DNA of 64,000 bases from the human T2T-CHM13v2.0 reference genome, Homo sapiens. Positions 12,066-27,120 of this stretch are shown here, piece after piece; the first letter of the stretch is position 1; each line of letters begins with the position of its first letter. A model generated the notes under the pieces. It was not told where the DNA came from. It did no database searches and saw only the letters and a program-made list of their open reading frames with translations. The stretch is from NCBI RefSeq assembly GCF_009914755.1, contig NC_060930.1. One strand, 5' to 3'. The position numbers and the translations under genes are program-made.

Positions 12066-12480
12066 TTTCATGCACGTCCGTGTGAAGAGACCACCAAACA
12101 GGCTTTGTGTGAGCAATAAAGCTTTTAATCACCTGGGTGCAGGTGGGCTGAGTCCGAAAAGAGAGTCAGCGAAGGGAGATGGGGTGGGGCCGTTTTATAG
12201 GATTTGGGAAGGTAATGGAAAATTACAGTCAAAGGGGGTTGTTCTCTGGTGGGCAGGGGTGGGGGTCACAAGGTGCTCAGTGGGGGAGCTTCTGAGCCAG
12301 GAGAAGGAAATTCACAAGGTTAATCACTCAGTTAAGGTGGGGCAGGAACAAATCACAATGGTGGAATGTCATCAGTTAAGGCGGGGCAGGTCCTTTTCAC
12401 TTCTTTTGTGATTCTTCAGTTACTTCAGACCATCTGGGCATATACATGCAAGTCACAGGGGATGCGATGGCTTGGCCTGG
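12066..12480 (-). promoter_or_regulatory. HERV-H 5' LTR (LTR7Y-like), first ~16 nt missing
   Basis: Matches 6690-7102 with ~9 substitutions and one 2-bp indel; TATA (CCTATAAAA, minus) and KLF-type GG[CT]GGGGC motifs; lacks GCTCAGAGGCCTGACA. Confidence 0.92.
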
Positions 12481-13422
12481 AAGCCAGGATTGACTTGATA
12501 TCTAAATCAAAAGACTCATTTTGGGTCATCATAGGTTAGTTCCTTTCCCTGCCTGCAGCATTCCTGTCTGAAGTCTAGGCGTTTACTACAGCCCACTTCA
12601 CTGGTCTTTCCCAACTTTCAGCACTCCATCTGTACTCTGGAGGGTTCAAAGATGTGATTTTGCAGCAAAGTTCTCCCCACCCCAGCCAGAAATTTGCTGC
12701 CTCAAATGAGCTGCTAAAGGTGGATTTCCTGTTTTCTAAGCTTCCACATCACAGTGAATGTAACTGAACAAGGGATATTGTGGATTTTCTCTTGGGCCCT
12801 CCCCACTGATTACAGAACCGTGTTGGAAATTCTTTACTCAAGCCAACTGAGGTTGGAGAAGCACATTGGGGGTGGAGGGAGGAAAGTGATGGTGAGCCTA
12901 ATGAGCATTTTCCTTTTCCGCAGATGAAGATAAATAGTGTTTACCTCCACTTGGCAACGTAGGTGTATAAATGTGTTGGACGGTTAAGTGATGATTTGGG
13001 ATGTTGGCAAAGCCTGGTAAATGAGACTCTAGTTCACTCTCCTCTCCATTAATCAAAAATAGAAATGCTTTCCTGCTTGCCTGAAAGTATTGACATTATA
13101 CTATTGCCCCAGTACTGAGCATTTGCTCAAAGGCCATTACAAAATAACTGGAAAATGGATGCGTATTTTGGTTGGTTTAGGGGAACAAATTACTCAAGCA
13201 ACATGTAGTTATTGCGCTTTTTTTTTTATCTCCCACACTGCCCAACATTGTGAGAGATATAAAAGAATGATATTCTTTCCTTTCAATGCTATAAAAGATT
13301 GATGTTTTCCTTTTTTTACTCTTTGTTGACACTCCAGAAAAAAAAACAGTTAACACGAGATAGGATAAAGTGTGGTTTTTAACAGGTGATATAGGTTGTT
13401 TAATTTAGAAAAGAGAAAGCAC

Positions 13423-13846
<424 letters not shown>

Positions 13847-13904
13847 TCAGAGATGTCCTGGGTACATCCACTCCTTTACTTGCCACATTTTATTATACTA
13901 CAAG

Positions 13905-14030
13905 CTGGGTGGCTGGACATCCTGGTTTGCCCAGCACAGTCCCAGTTTATGCCTGTTATCCCAGAATAATCATTAATAGTTTCCCCTTTTACTCTCAAGA
14001 GTAACTCAGTTTAGATGTTAAATATAATTA
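13905..14030. mobile_element. hAT-Blackjack MITE (MER94-like)
   Basis: CCTGGTTTGCCCAGCACAGTCCCAGTTTATGCCTGTT..ATTAATAG..CTCTCAAGAG matches the recalled MER94. Confidence 0.6.
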
Positions 14031-15099
14031 TAACATAAACATAAACTGAAGACCATATAGCCCAGGCTTCTTATGCTGTTGCATTCAAAAGAGCACAATA
14101 TAGTAACCAAAAGTAATTAGAAATGTTTCTTGAGGCTCAAGAACATGAAAAGGGATCTAATTTTTAACCTACAACAACACTCTTCAGAAGTTTATTTCTC
14201 TCTTCCCTGATAGCTGTGGCTGCTCTAAAGCTGTTCAAACGTAACACCCCTAACTTTACTGATACCCAACCCATATGTTTTATTTTGTCTGTTTTGCCTC
14301 TCTTAACTCTCTCTCTTTTTTTTAAATCATGAGTCTTCTGTTGTCTCTTACCTTTCCTCTATACATTCTCTTAATTCTGCATTACAAAGCCACTGAAGCC
14401 AGCCTGGCAAAGACTCTCTTTGGAAGGTGGCGAAGGTGAAGCATCCAAACTGACAGACAAAGTTGTTCTGAGTGGGCTGGAAGTGGGAGGAGGGAGGCTG
14501 GGTACTCTCATTGATGAGTAAATCTTTGTCACAAGTTATCTGAGAAGGGAGCTGCAAGTCCTACATCTCAGTGTACAGCACAGTGCTTGGCACAAAGAGG
14601 AACTTGAAAATCTGAGTAAAGGAGGCAAATTAGGGAGGCCCTCGACCTAGCTTAGAAGAGGAGGATTTGAGTGGGTGTAGAGGCAGTTGGAGGGCATTCC
14701 AGGGATAGAAGGATCAGGGTGTCTGGGTTTATTTTTCTGTGGTGGAATGTACATGAGGATGGGGGGCAGTGAAAAGACTTGGCATAGGGCATTGGAACCC
14801 CTCAATGGGGAGAAATGGAGAATCTATTTTTCACTTAATAGTGGTTTAATAGTGGGAGCCATCTATTGGCTTCCAAAAATGGAGACCCTCAGGAAGGGCT
14901 TGAAAAACCTGAAAAAAGACTGTATGGCAGAGAGCCAGGGTAGATTCATGAAGCAGGCAGTGACTTGATGGCAGTGCTTTATCAGATAGATTAATTCACC
15001 AGTTTTGTTTGGTGTAGTTTGTATGCTTGGTACATTGGTTTGCATTGTGATGGATAAAGAGCATATAGCACATAGAAGAACTCAATAAATGGTGACTAA

Positions 15100-15805
15100 C
15101 ATCATCACCACCACTACCACAACCACCACCACCACCACTATCATCACCACCATCAACACCATCATCATTATCGTCATCACCACCATCACTACCATCATCA
15201 TCACCACCACCATCACCGTATCACCATCATCATCATCACCATCATCTTTACCATCATCACCACCATCATCATCAACATTATCATCACCAACATCACCATT
15301 GTCATTTTCATGCGTGTCCGTGTGAAGAGACCACCAAACAGGCTTTGTGTGAGCAACATGGCTGTTTATTTCACCTGGGTGCAGGCAGGCTGAGTCTGAA
15401 AAGAGAGTCAGTGAAGGGAGATAAGGGTGGGGCCGTTTTATAGGATTTGGGCAGGTAAAGGAAAATTACAGTCAAAGGGGGTTTGTTCTCTGGCGGGCAG
15501 GAGTGGGGGTCGCAAGGTGCTCAGTGGGGGTGTTTTTGAGCCAGGATGAGCCATGAAAAGGACTTTCACAAGGTAATGTCATCACTTAAGGCAAGGACCG
15601 GCCATTTACACTTCTTTTGTGGTGGAATGTCATCAGTTAAGGCGGGGCAGGGCATATTCACTTCTTTTGTGATTCTTCAGTTACTTCAGGCCATCTGGGC
15701 ATATACGCGCAAGTCACAGGGGATGCGATGACTTGGCTTGGCCTCAGAGGCCTGACAGTCATCATCATCATCACCTCCATCATCATCTTCTTTGCTGCCA
15801 TCATT
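15100..15805. repeat. (CAT/CAC)n trinucleotide tract split by the solo LTR7
   Basis: Degenerate ATC/ACC repeats at 15100-15300 resume at 15758-15805. Confidence 0.9.
15306..15757 (-). mobile_element. Solo LTR7 (LTR7up-like)
   Basis: Complete TGTCAGG...GCATGAAA on minus; 5-bp TSD GTCAT (15301-15305, 15758-15762); two ACAAAAGAAG copies (15611-15620, 15661-15670); TATA 15436-15442; AATAAA. Confidence 0.93.
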
Positions 15806-16290
15806 GTTTTCATTATTAGGAAAGTTCTGAGACAGAGATAAGCTGGAGGATTGTTTAAGGGAGATATTGTGGAAGGCATAGAGAAGCTTCTCTGGGAAGA
15901 AAGGAAATTCCAAATATTAGAAGGTCTGTGTGGTAGAATAGGGAGGAGAGACCTTCTATAGCACTTCCTTTGGAAAGTTCCTAGGATGAGAGGGGGAATC
16001 AGAGAAGCTGATTTCAGTTCAGCATTAATGAGCTGTCTCATATTCAAAATGTCTGACTATGGGATAGCTTATCTCCTGAGGAAGTGACCTCCCTGATGCT
16101 GGAAGAGCCAAGCAGAATCTAGGTGATTGCCTGCCAGGGTTGTTACAGATGCTTTAATAAACACGTGGAAGAGAAGATTTATTTCCTCTGAGATCCCTTC
16201 TAACTGAAAGATGCAAGGGACTTGTAGACTTTCAGGGCCTGGACTAAGTTGGTGGTGGTTAGAATGGCAAAAAAGGATCATGGTCTATAC

Positions 16291-16496
16291 CAGTGGTTCT
16301 CAACTAAGGATAATTTTGCCCTTCAGAGAATACTTGGAAATGTCTGGAAACATTTTTGGTTGTCAAATCTGGGGGAGGCTTCTAGTGGGTAGAAGCCAAT
16401 GATCTGCTAAGCATCCTACAATGCACAGGACAGCTCCCCCACAATAAGGAACTATCCGGGCCAAGATGTCAATAGTGGCAAGGCTGAGAAACACTG
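16291..16496 (+). mobile_element. MER20 (hAT-Charlie) DNA transposon
   Basis: Terminal inverted repeats CAGTGGTTCTCAAC...GCTGAGAAACACTG with a typical MER20 body; degenerate 8-bp TSD GTCTATAC/GTCTACAT. Confidence 0.88.
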
Positions 16497-16689
16497 GTCT
16501 ACATTTTAATAAGTCCGTTGTCTTCTTCTGTAGAATGAAGAGAGTTGCTGAGTGGATAAATGCTGACTCACATTCACCAGGTCGTATTTTCCCAAGCAAT
16601 AAGCCAGAAATATTGCCACGTATTGCCCTTTAAGTTGTAGTTTTCACACACATCTTAAAGATTCCTCTTTTTTCTTCAAAGCTTCTTTG

Positions 16690-18926
<2,237 letters not shown>

Positions 18927-19166
18927 TCAACTGGTTAAGAAATGCAGTAGGTGATAAGGACAAGCTCACTCTTCAATCTTGTCTGCAACCTAATTCTGGC
19001 TGCTATCTAGTAGGCTCTGTGGAGTGCAGTTTTGTATTTATCCTCCTTCCTGGAGGGTAACTGACTTTTCTGTAGGCTGGAGATGGATACAAAGGATTCA
19101 GGTTTCATAGATTTTTCTTGGTAGCCTGGCCAATTTCCTCATTTGGTACACAGCTTACAAATATTT

Positions 19167-19297
19167 AGGGTAACAACATGTCCAGGTTTACCTAAAACAG
19201 TCATGGTTTACTCATTTTGTGTTGGGGTGATGATTAATAGTGTCTTCTTTTACCATCAAAAGTGTCCTGCTTAGAAAATAAGTTATATGATCACCTA
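19167..19297. mobile_element. hAT-Blackjack MITE (MER94-like)
   Basis: AGGGTAAC...TATATGATCACCTA termini, ~130 bp, similar to 13905-14030. Confidence 0.65.
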
Positions 19298-20509
19298 CTC
19301 TATTACTCGTCCAATGAGTATTTTTATGATACATTCATACCATTTTAAAGAATATATGTAACCTAGCAGGTGTTAGTTTAAAACAACTCACCAGCACTAG
19401 CTAATCTGATTCATAATCACCATCATCATAAAAGCTAATCTGAATAACTTTTCCAAAATAGTTATGACTTCTGTCCTTCAAACCACACTTTTACCCATTT
19501 CCTCTCATAAGCCACAAGCCACACTTGTGACTTGTGTATACCAGAGGGATTATATCTGCGGTCAGAGATAGAAGTAAATTATTTGCATAGGGTCCTTACT
19601 CTATATCTTTACCGACTTTACAGGTCAACCTTACTTTGACCCATTGCCCAACTCAGAAATATAATTCTATAAGACAAACAGCACTCCAATAACTTTTCAG
19701 ACAAATTCCTTCTAAACCATGACCAGTTCTATATTAATTTGTACATCCTATTTTGTCTTTGCTATCCACTCTTCAACTCTCTCCTAAACCACTGACGTTT
19801 TTTCAACTTTGATTCCCAAAGAGACGATTTTGAAACATAGTTTCATTGGTTTCCCAAAGCACATAAAAATAATAGATCTGATTAGGTGAATTCATATTTC
19901 ACAAATACAATGTGTAGAGTCTCATCATTGAATATGTTAAACACAAAATGATATCTGTTCCAGGAAAGTTTCTGGCCATAAAGACCACAAACTGCCTTCC
20001 CTTTGTCTCGATTATGTTTTTCCTTCATTGTACTGTTCTGTTATACTCTTCTCAGCTCTTTGGGGCAGGGAGTCAGGGAGTTGTTTGTTCAGCAGGTGCT
20101 ATGTATAGTAAATTGCTGCATGCATTTATGTTGCTATATAAATAATGAACAATTCTGTACTCACAGACACTTTGATCGTCACAGTGATAATATCCCCTAT
20201 TTTAGAAAAAAATGTGCATAAGAGTTTTACCTTGCTTCAGCAGATAAGACATATCAGATTGGCACATGACCTTATTTTTCTTCTTTTTAAAGACCATAGT
20301 GTAACAGTTCATGAGATTGCTCATAAAATAAGCCAATTGCTTAGAATGCAGAAAAACATGATGTTTTTGGTAATCAATCCCCGAAATCATCTCCATTTTC
20401 TCTTCCTAATTAAATCCCCAAATTTTGGGTTTATAGGTTAAATAATTAGGAAGTTCTTTTCCTAGTTCTTCTCTCTGCCCTCCCAGCTTAATATGTCAGA
20501 GCAGATGTG

Positions 20510-20706
20510 TAGTCAGAAGCATGGGCTTGGGAATCAGTCATGAGTTGGAAATAGAACCTATCACTTACCAGCTGTGCGACCTTGGACTTCTTACCTCAGT
20601 TGTCTCATATGCTCTAGAGGATAACAGAGCTCATCTGAAAGGGGCATTGTGGCGATTAAATGAGATAGACTGTGTGTATACATCTCTAGCACCTGGAACA
20701 GAGTAA
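20510..20706 (+). mobile_element. MIR SINE
   Basis: CACTTACCAGCTGTGCGACCTTGG..CCTCAGTT..GATTAAATGAGATA core. Confidence 0.75.
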
Positions 20707-21117
20707 CCCAAAATAAGGCAACAAATCTTTGTAGGTGTTCCCATGTCTCTACCATTATACATGTCCTAACTCATCTATTATCATCTGTCCAAATGCCTGT
20801 CCTCATCACTGCATAGTAGCAACTTAAGGCCAGGCACAACACTTCTTTATCCATGTAGCTCCAGAGTCTAGCCTAGCAGATACTAGCCATTCAATACATT
20901 TTTTCTGAATCAATAAACCAATGGGTGAATTTGGTAGTTTTGGAGCATGACAATTTATTGTTACTTTCCTTGTCTACACTTAACAAAAATGCTCTCTGAA
21001 AATTCCAAATTGGGAAGTGTTCAGGGTCTCCCATTCTCCTGAGTAAAATGCTTGATTTGGCTTTGGGGATAACTGACTGTCTCTTCCCCTAGCACCAGAG
21101 ATCGTCTTAGGCTACAG

Positions 21118-21375
21118 CTGTGGAGTAGATGCTGTTGGTGCCCTGCCCACATCACCTTTGCCAGGCAGGTGCCACATCACCTTCGCTGGGCAGCAATCCA
21201 CAGCTACTGTGAATGGCTACTGGAAGCACACAGCTGTAGCTTTTTGGAGATTTCCCCTCTATTAACAGCAGCCTCTTGCTCACAGGCATTGGGAGGTTAG
21301 ACCCTCTCTCCCAGTCAGGTAGTCTGCTGTAGCCAATGACTGACTGATACAGGCATACAAAAGCCTGACCCATTT
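21118..21375 (+). mobile_element. Old ERVL/MaLR-class LTR fragment (LTR16-like)
   Basis: GATGCTGTTGGTGCCCTGCCCA..AGCCAATGACTGACTGA..ATACAAAAGCC resembles recalled LTR16-type U3; family uncertain. Confidence 0.4.
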
Positions 21376-24300
21376 GGGAACGTACTTAAACTAAAGCCAG
21401 GTCAGCTTGATAGGATTGTGAAGCTGGTCAGTCACGAAGCTCTCAACATTGGGGCTGCATGTCTCAGCCTTTGATCAATGCACACATATGGGGCAACATG
21501 AAGGCCCTTCTACAGTTTTCTTATTAGTGCCCCCTCTGACTTGAGTCTTCAGGGCCACTGTAACCTCTGGCAGTTTTCCTCTTTTTTTTTGTACTTTGTT
21601 CACATTTGGAAAAGATAGGTCATATTTTAGTATTTCCAATGTGAAGATTATAAACTTACTAAGACATCAGTTTCTAGCAAAGGATCAAAGTAAGTTTCTA
21701 ATGAATGTTTAATAATTCTTGATATTTGCTAAGGAAATTAATATTAACAAAATGTTGTCTTAAAAACATAAGTCCAGAGTGCCAGAATGTTCTCTTTGTA
21801 TCACTGACAGAAGTACAGGTTAACTTATTTGTGGTAAACTGTTTTCCAGAATGGTTAGAAGATAATGTTCTGATAAGATAGGGAGAGAGATGACAGAAAT
21901 GATTTTCCAAAGACTATATTCAAGTCTGTCAAATACGAAACCAAATTTATTTTTCCCTCTGACAATATCAAGATATTGCAATGCTTCAAGTTGGAAAGTA
22001 TGAACAGCTGTTAACTTAGCATTAGAGATATGTAGCAAAAAATTCTAATAATAGAGATTGTTCACTTGTTACAGTATTGTAACAGAGCTGGGATTCAAGA
22101 TGCAAAGAGCTGGTTTGATCAGTCTGCACAATGCCCAGGAGGTTTCCAGAAATGGATCCGCATCACATTCATCGTCACCACCCAGATCTTGTCTGTAACG
22201 TTGGTGCTGGAATGATGTAAAAGACCATTTATTCTAATTTCCCTGTTTTATTTCTCAGATGGAGAAACTGAGGACTGGGAAATGCAGTGGCCACACATTT
22301 TTAAAACCATGTAACAGCTCTTTCCCTGTGCCCTTGAGATGGAAAGGTCAAGGGGCTGTTGCCGAGCCGTCTACACTGGTCAGGATCTGAATGAGCCAGG
22401 TGGGCAGCACAGGTGGGAGGTATGTGAAGGCTGTATTTTCTCCTACCCTCTGAAGTGTAAGGAGACAGGCTGTTCTGTATTGTCACGGCCCCAGAGGTGA
22501 GAGGGGAAGTGCACAGGGATGACCAATATCCTTACCCACACCCCCATACTCTGGGCTGGTTCTAGGTTTTCTAGGATCACTTATGGCAACCCTGGGCTTA
22601 TACGAGTCCATACGGCCAACACAAAGCTGGAAGTAGCCTGGGGTAGAGGGAGCGGTGTGTGTTTTGGGCCCTGTTATGAACACCTGTAGTGGTTGAGGGT
22701 GTTGGTTTTAGATTTCAGTCCTGGGTGAGCCTAATGTATTTTAGAGGTAAGGAAATGTGGAAGAGGTTCAGAATTGGAATTTTTATCCATCCACCCATGA
22801 GGAGACTGGATATCTTGCCAACAAAGACCACCTGGGGGATGCGTGGGATCAAGCTGGTTGGGATGCATAAAACCCTAGGGGTGGATCCAGTGCAGAGCCG
22901 GGGGCTGAGACACATGGCATGGTGGCCCCTTGACTACGTCTATGCTACAATGACTCCCAGGAGCCACCTGCTCATTCCCAGCCCATGTCAATGGCCAAAA
23001 TATTTGAGAGCATTCAGAGATTATCATCAATGAGTGGAGCCAGGCAAGGGAATGAAGACCAAGGAAGACAAAAGTGGAATCTAGAATGGCTCTGGTGCAG
23101 ATCGAATCCTAAATCTGGAGGACACTCATTTGCATTTGTGTTCACAGTACTGCTGATTGGGGTCCACGCACCCCACAGAGCAGGCACAACCTCAGAGCGC
23201 TGACTCCAATAGATACAAACCTTGTGTGTCAAAGAGGAGCTAAGAGAAAGACTAAAATAGGAACCAATAAATAAGTAAACCCCCAACAAATGAAGAGACC
23301 CCCCCCATTACTGCTTGAAATGGCCTCATTTTTTTTTTTAAACAACAAACATGGAAATAAAAACCACAACATATCTTCTCCTATGCCATTCTCTCTCAGG
23401 AGCCATAAGCAGCTGCAGGAGATGGAAAATAGATTGTGTTAGTAGCAAAACAGTTGCCCATGACATTTTCAGATGGAATGGAAGAAGTGATACAGCTGTG
23501 AGAAAACACAGTGCTTACTGTGCTAAATTTATTTCATGAACTTCCAGTATTAAAAAATACTGGCAGGCAGAGATTTTAAAAATGACACTGTGCCCTTCCT
23601 AAACTCTGGAGTCACATTACTTAGTATTTGTGGTAATTTCCAATCAGGACAGTCATTGTCATCACTGTAGATATTCAGACAGGTGACAAATGATGGTGAT
23701 ATCAGATTGGAACAGGAAACAGCCATGGAGCATTTCCCAGTGTATCTATAGGGAGCTGCTCTATCAGCAGATTCCTGATTAAGGTTGGGTCGAGGGCACA
23801 ACCCCCCTGTGTCTGTGTAGTCATCTCATATGTCTTTGATTTGAGGACCTTTGAAGTAAAAGCTTTGGTCTAGCAATGTTGGCATTACAACAATATTCTG
23901 ATGGAGGACAGGGAGCTGGAGAACTCAGCAATGGAGCTGGGACTAAGGCTGTGTGTGATGCCCAGTGTATGGCTCTGACCTCTGTTTGTGGGACCAGCAG
24001 CAGTTCTGAGCCTTTTCCTCTCTCCTGCTTCTGTACACATGAGGACTAGTGTTCTCATGCACTACACATTGCCATGCATATTTCTGAATTTTTATGAATC
24101 CCCACAAAATGTGGCAGAGAAGTAGAGCAAATAACATTACAATTTTTATGGTATTCATAAAGTATATTTTATAAGCATGTGAGTAATGAATCAGCCCTTT
24201 TGGAGGTCTCAAAACTTGTCCTACAAAGAAAATATGGCTTATCCAATTTCGAAAAAATGATTGAACTTATAGAAAGGGACTTGATGCTTCCAGACTGTCA

Positions 24301-24904
24301 CTCCTTAAGTAATATTAATCAGCTAGAAAGTATGTGCTGTTAAATAATGAACACAAATAAAATCTATTTCATACAAAAATTACAACATGCAGATTTATTG
24401 ATTTTCAACATACTCTTATTACTGTGAATAATATTACTGCTGATTTCATTTGATAATCACTTTGCCTACCTTTGATTTTGAAATGAGAGTTGGGACGTGC
24501 TAAGCAGCACGCTGGTAGCATCCTTCTTACCTACGTGCACTGAAGCCCTGGATGCACCTATCAATCATGCTTCTTTACCTACTGGTGCGCCTTACTTAAG
24601 TCAACTAAGAAATAAAGCAAAATTAACTATAAAATCACAACTCGGAAGCACTATGAAATGCATCATTCCCAAAGAAATTTTTAAATGGAATTAAATGTTT
24701 TTGTGTTTTGATTATAAAGTCATACATGTGTATTGTATAATCTAAAGGCAAAGTATAAAATAGAGAAAGTTGACTTCTCCCCTACATGATCACAGTCTAC
24801 AAATATAACACTATTACATATATTCCATATATATATTTTAGAGATAAGGAAATGTGGAAGAGGTTCAGAATAAATAAAACACTATTTAATAAAATAAAAA
24901 CACT

Positions 24905-26262
24905 ATTCCATATATTTATACATGGAATATATATATATGGAATATATATATGGAACCTATATATATGGAATATATATATGGAACCTATATATATGGAATA
25001 TATATATGGAACCTATATATATGGAATATATATATGGAACCTATATATATGGAATATATATATGGAACCTATATATATGGAATATATATATATGGAACCT
25101 ATATATATGGAATATATATATATGGAACCTATATATATGGAATATATATATATGGAACCTATATATATGGAATATATATATATGGAACCTATATATATGG
25201 AATATATATATATGGAACCTATATATATGGAATATATATATATGGAACCTATATATATGGAATATATATATATGGAACCTATATATATGGAATATATATA
25301 TATGGAACCTATATATATGGAATATATATATGGAACCTATATATATGGAATATATATATATGGAACCTATATATATGGAATATATATATATGGAACCTAT
25401 ATATATGGAATATATATATATGGAACCTATATATATGGATATATATATGGAACCTATATATATGGGACATATATATGGAACCTATATATATGGGACATAT
25501 ATATATGGAACCTATATATATGGGACATATATATATATATGGAACCTATATATATGGGACATATATATATGGAACCTATATATATATGGGACATATATAT
25601 ATGGAACCTATATATATATGGGACATATATATATGGAACCTATATATATATGGGACATATATATATGGAACCTATATATATATGGGACATATATATATGG
25701 AACCTATATATATATGGGACATATATATATGGAACCTATATATATATGGGACATATATATATGGAATCTATATATATGGAATATACATATGGAATCTATA
25801 CATATGGAATATACATATGGAATCTATACATATGGAATATACATATGGAATCTATACATATGGAATATATACATATGGAATATATGGAATATATACACAT
25901 ATGGAATATATACACATATGGAATATATACACATATGGAATATATATACATATGGAATATATATACATATGGAATATATATATGGAATATATATACATAT
26001 GGAATATATATATGGAATATATATACATATGGAATATATATATGGAATATATATATATATGGAATGAGGGCCTCCAGTATTCCATATATATATATTTATG
26101 GCCCTCATTCCATATATGTATATGGAATGTATGTCATTCCATATATGTATATGGAATGTATGTCATTCCATATATGTATATGGAATGTATGTCATTCCAT
26201 ATATACATGGAATTATACATATACATGGAATATATGGAATTCCATATATATTTATATATGTA
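24905..26262. repeat. AT-rich minisatellite (TATATATGGAACC / GGGACA / GGAATA units) within an old L1M relic
   Basis: ~1.35 kb of 14-30 bp units whose sequence drifts in blocks; palindromic 29-bp units at the right end. Confidence 0.97.
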
Positions 26263-26439
26263 AATTTTAAAACATATCTATATACTTAAAAATGGGATCA
26301 CTCTGTAAGCTACTTTTACAACATAATAATACAGCATGGATATCACTCCATGTCAGTGCACACAGATCTACCACATCCCTCTAATCACTGCCAAGCAGAG
26401 GAGTTTCACAGGAAACCACGAAGGCAGACAGGGCCAGCT

Positions 26440-27120
26440 AGTGCAGGTCCTGGTTACTGTGGACTTGATCCTAAGAGCAATAGGAAGCCCTGGGAAGACT
26501 GGAATCAGAGAAGTGATATGACCATATTTGCTTTCAAAAAGACCATGGTGGCTGCAGTGTGATGAACGGATGGAAAGGGGACAAGAACAAGTTTGAGGAA
26601 CAACACAAAGCCATTGCCCTTTGCATTGTAGAGAATGATGGTAGCTTAGCCCAGGGAGGTGGTGGTGGAGGTGGAGAGAAGTGGATGGATTCAAGATAAA
26701 TGTAAAAGGTGGAATAGAAACCACCTGACTGTTGGCTGGTCATGAGTGTGGGGAAGAGAAAGGTGTGGAGAATGACTTGGAGAGTTCTGGCAGGCATGGT
26801 GGACTACAGAGGGATTTGTTTGCTGAGCGAGGGAATGATGGGGAATCTTGCTGGGGGAGGCAGTGACACCATGAATTCACTTTGACTCTTGAATTGGCAG
26901 CACCTGTGGGATATCCAAGTGAATACATTCCATTCTGGAGTACAGCTCAGTGGTGTATTAGATGCAAATTGGTGGGGCAGGCTAGGGCAGTGATCCTCCC
27001 TCATGGAGAGACTAAATGAGAAGGGGACTGGACCTGGGGGAAATCCAGGACTTACAGGCTGGGTGGAGACAAATGAGGCAGGCTGAGAAAGAGAAGCCAG
27101 AGAGAGGGAAAACCTGTAGA
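26440..27120 (-). mobile_element. L2 LINE fragment
   Basis: GGACTTGATCCTAAGAGCAATAGGAAGCC..GGAGAGAAGTGGATGGATTCAAGA..GATATCCAAGTG. Confidence 0.75.

Larger units (their letters stand above)
6690..12480 (-). mobile_element. HERV-H provirus, common ~5.8 kb internally deleted form
   Basis: Two LTR7-family LTRs, tRNA-His PBS, gag zinc knuckles, pro and RT remnants and a PPT; too short to hold an intact env. Confidence 0.97.

Noticed and set aside
24786-26270. Long ORFs of 381-494 aa in three frames
   Set aside because: Translations of the TA-rich minisatellite, which lacks stop codons; low-complexity YIYG/MEPIY repeats.
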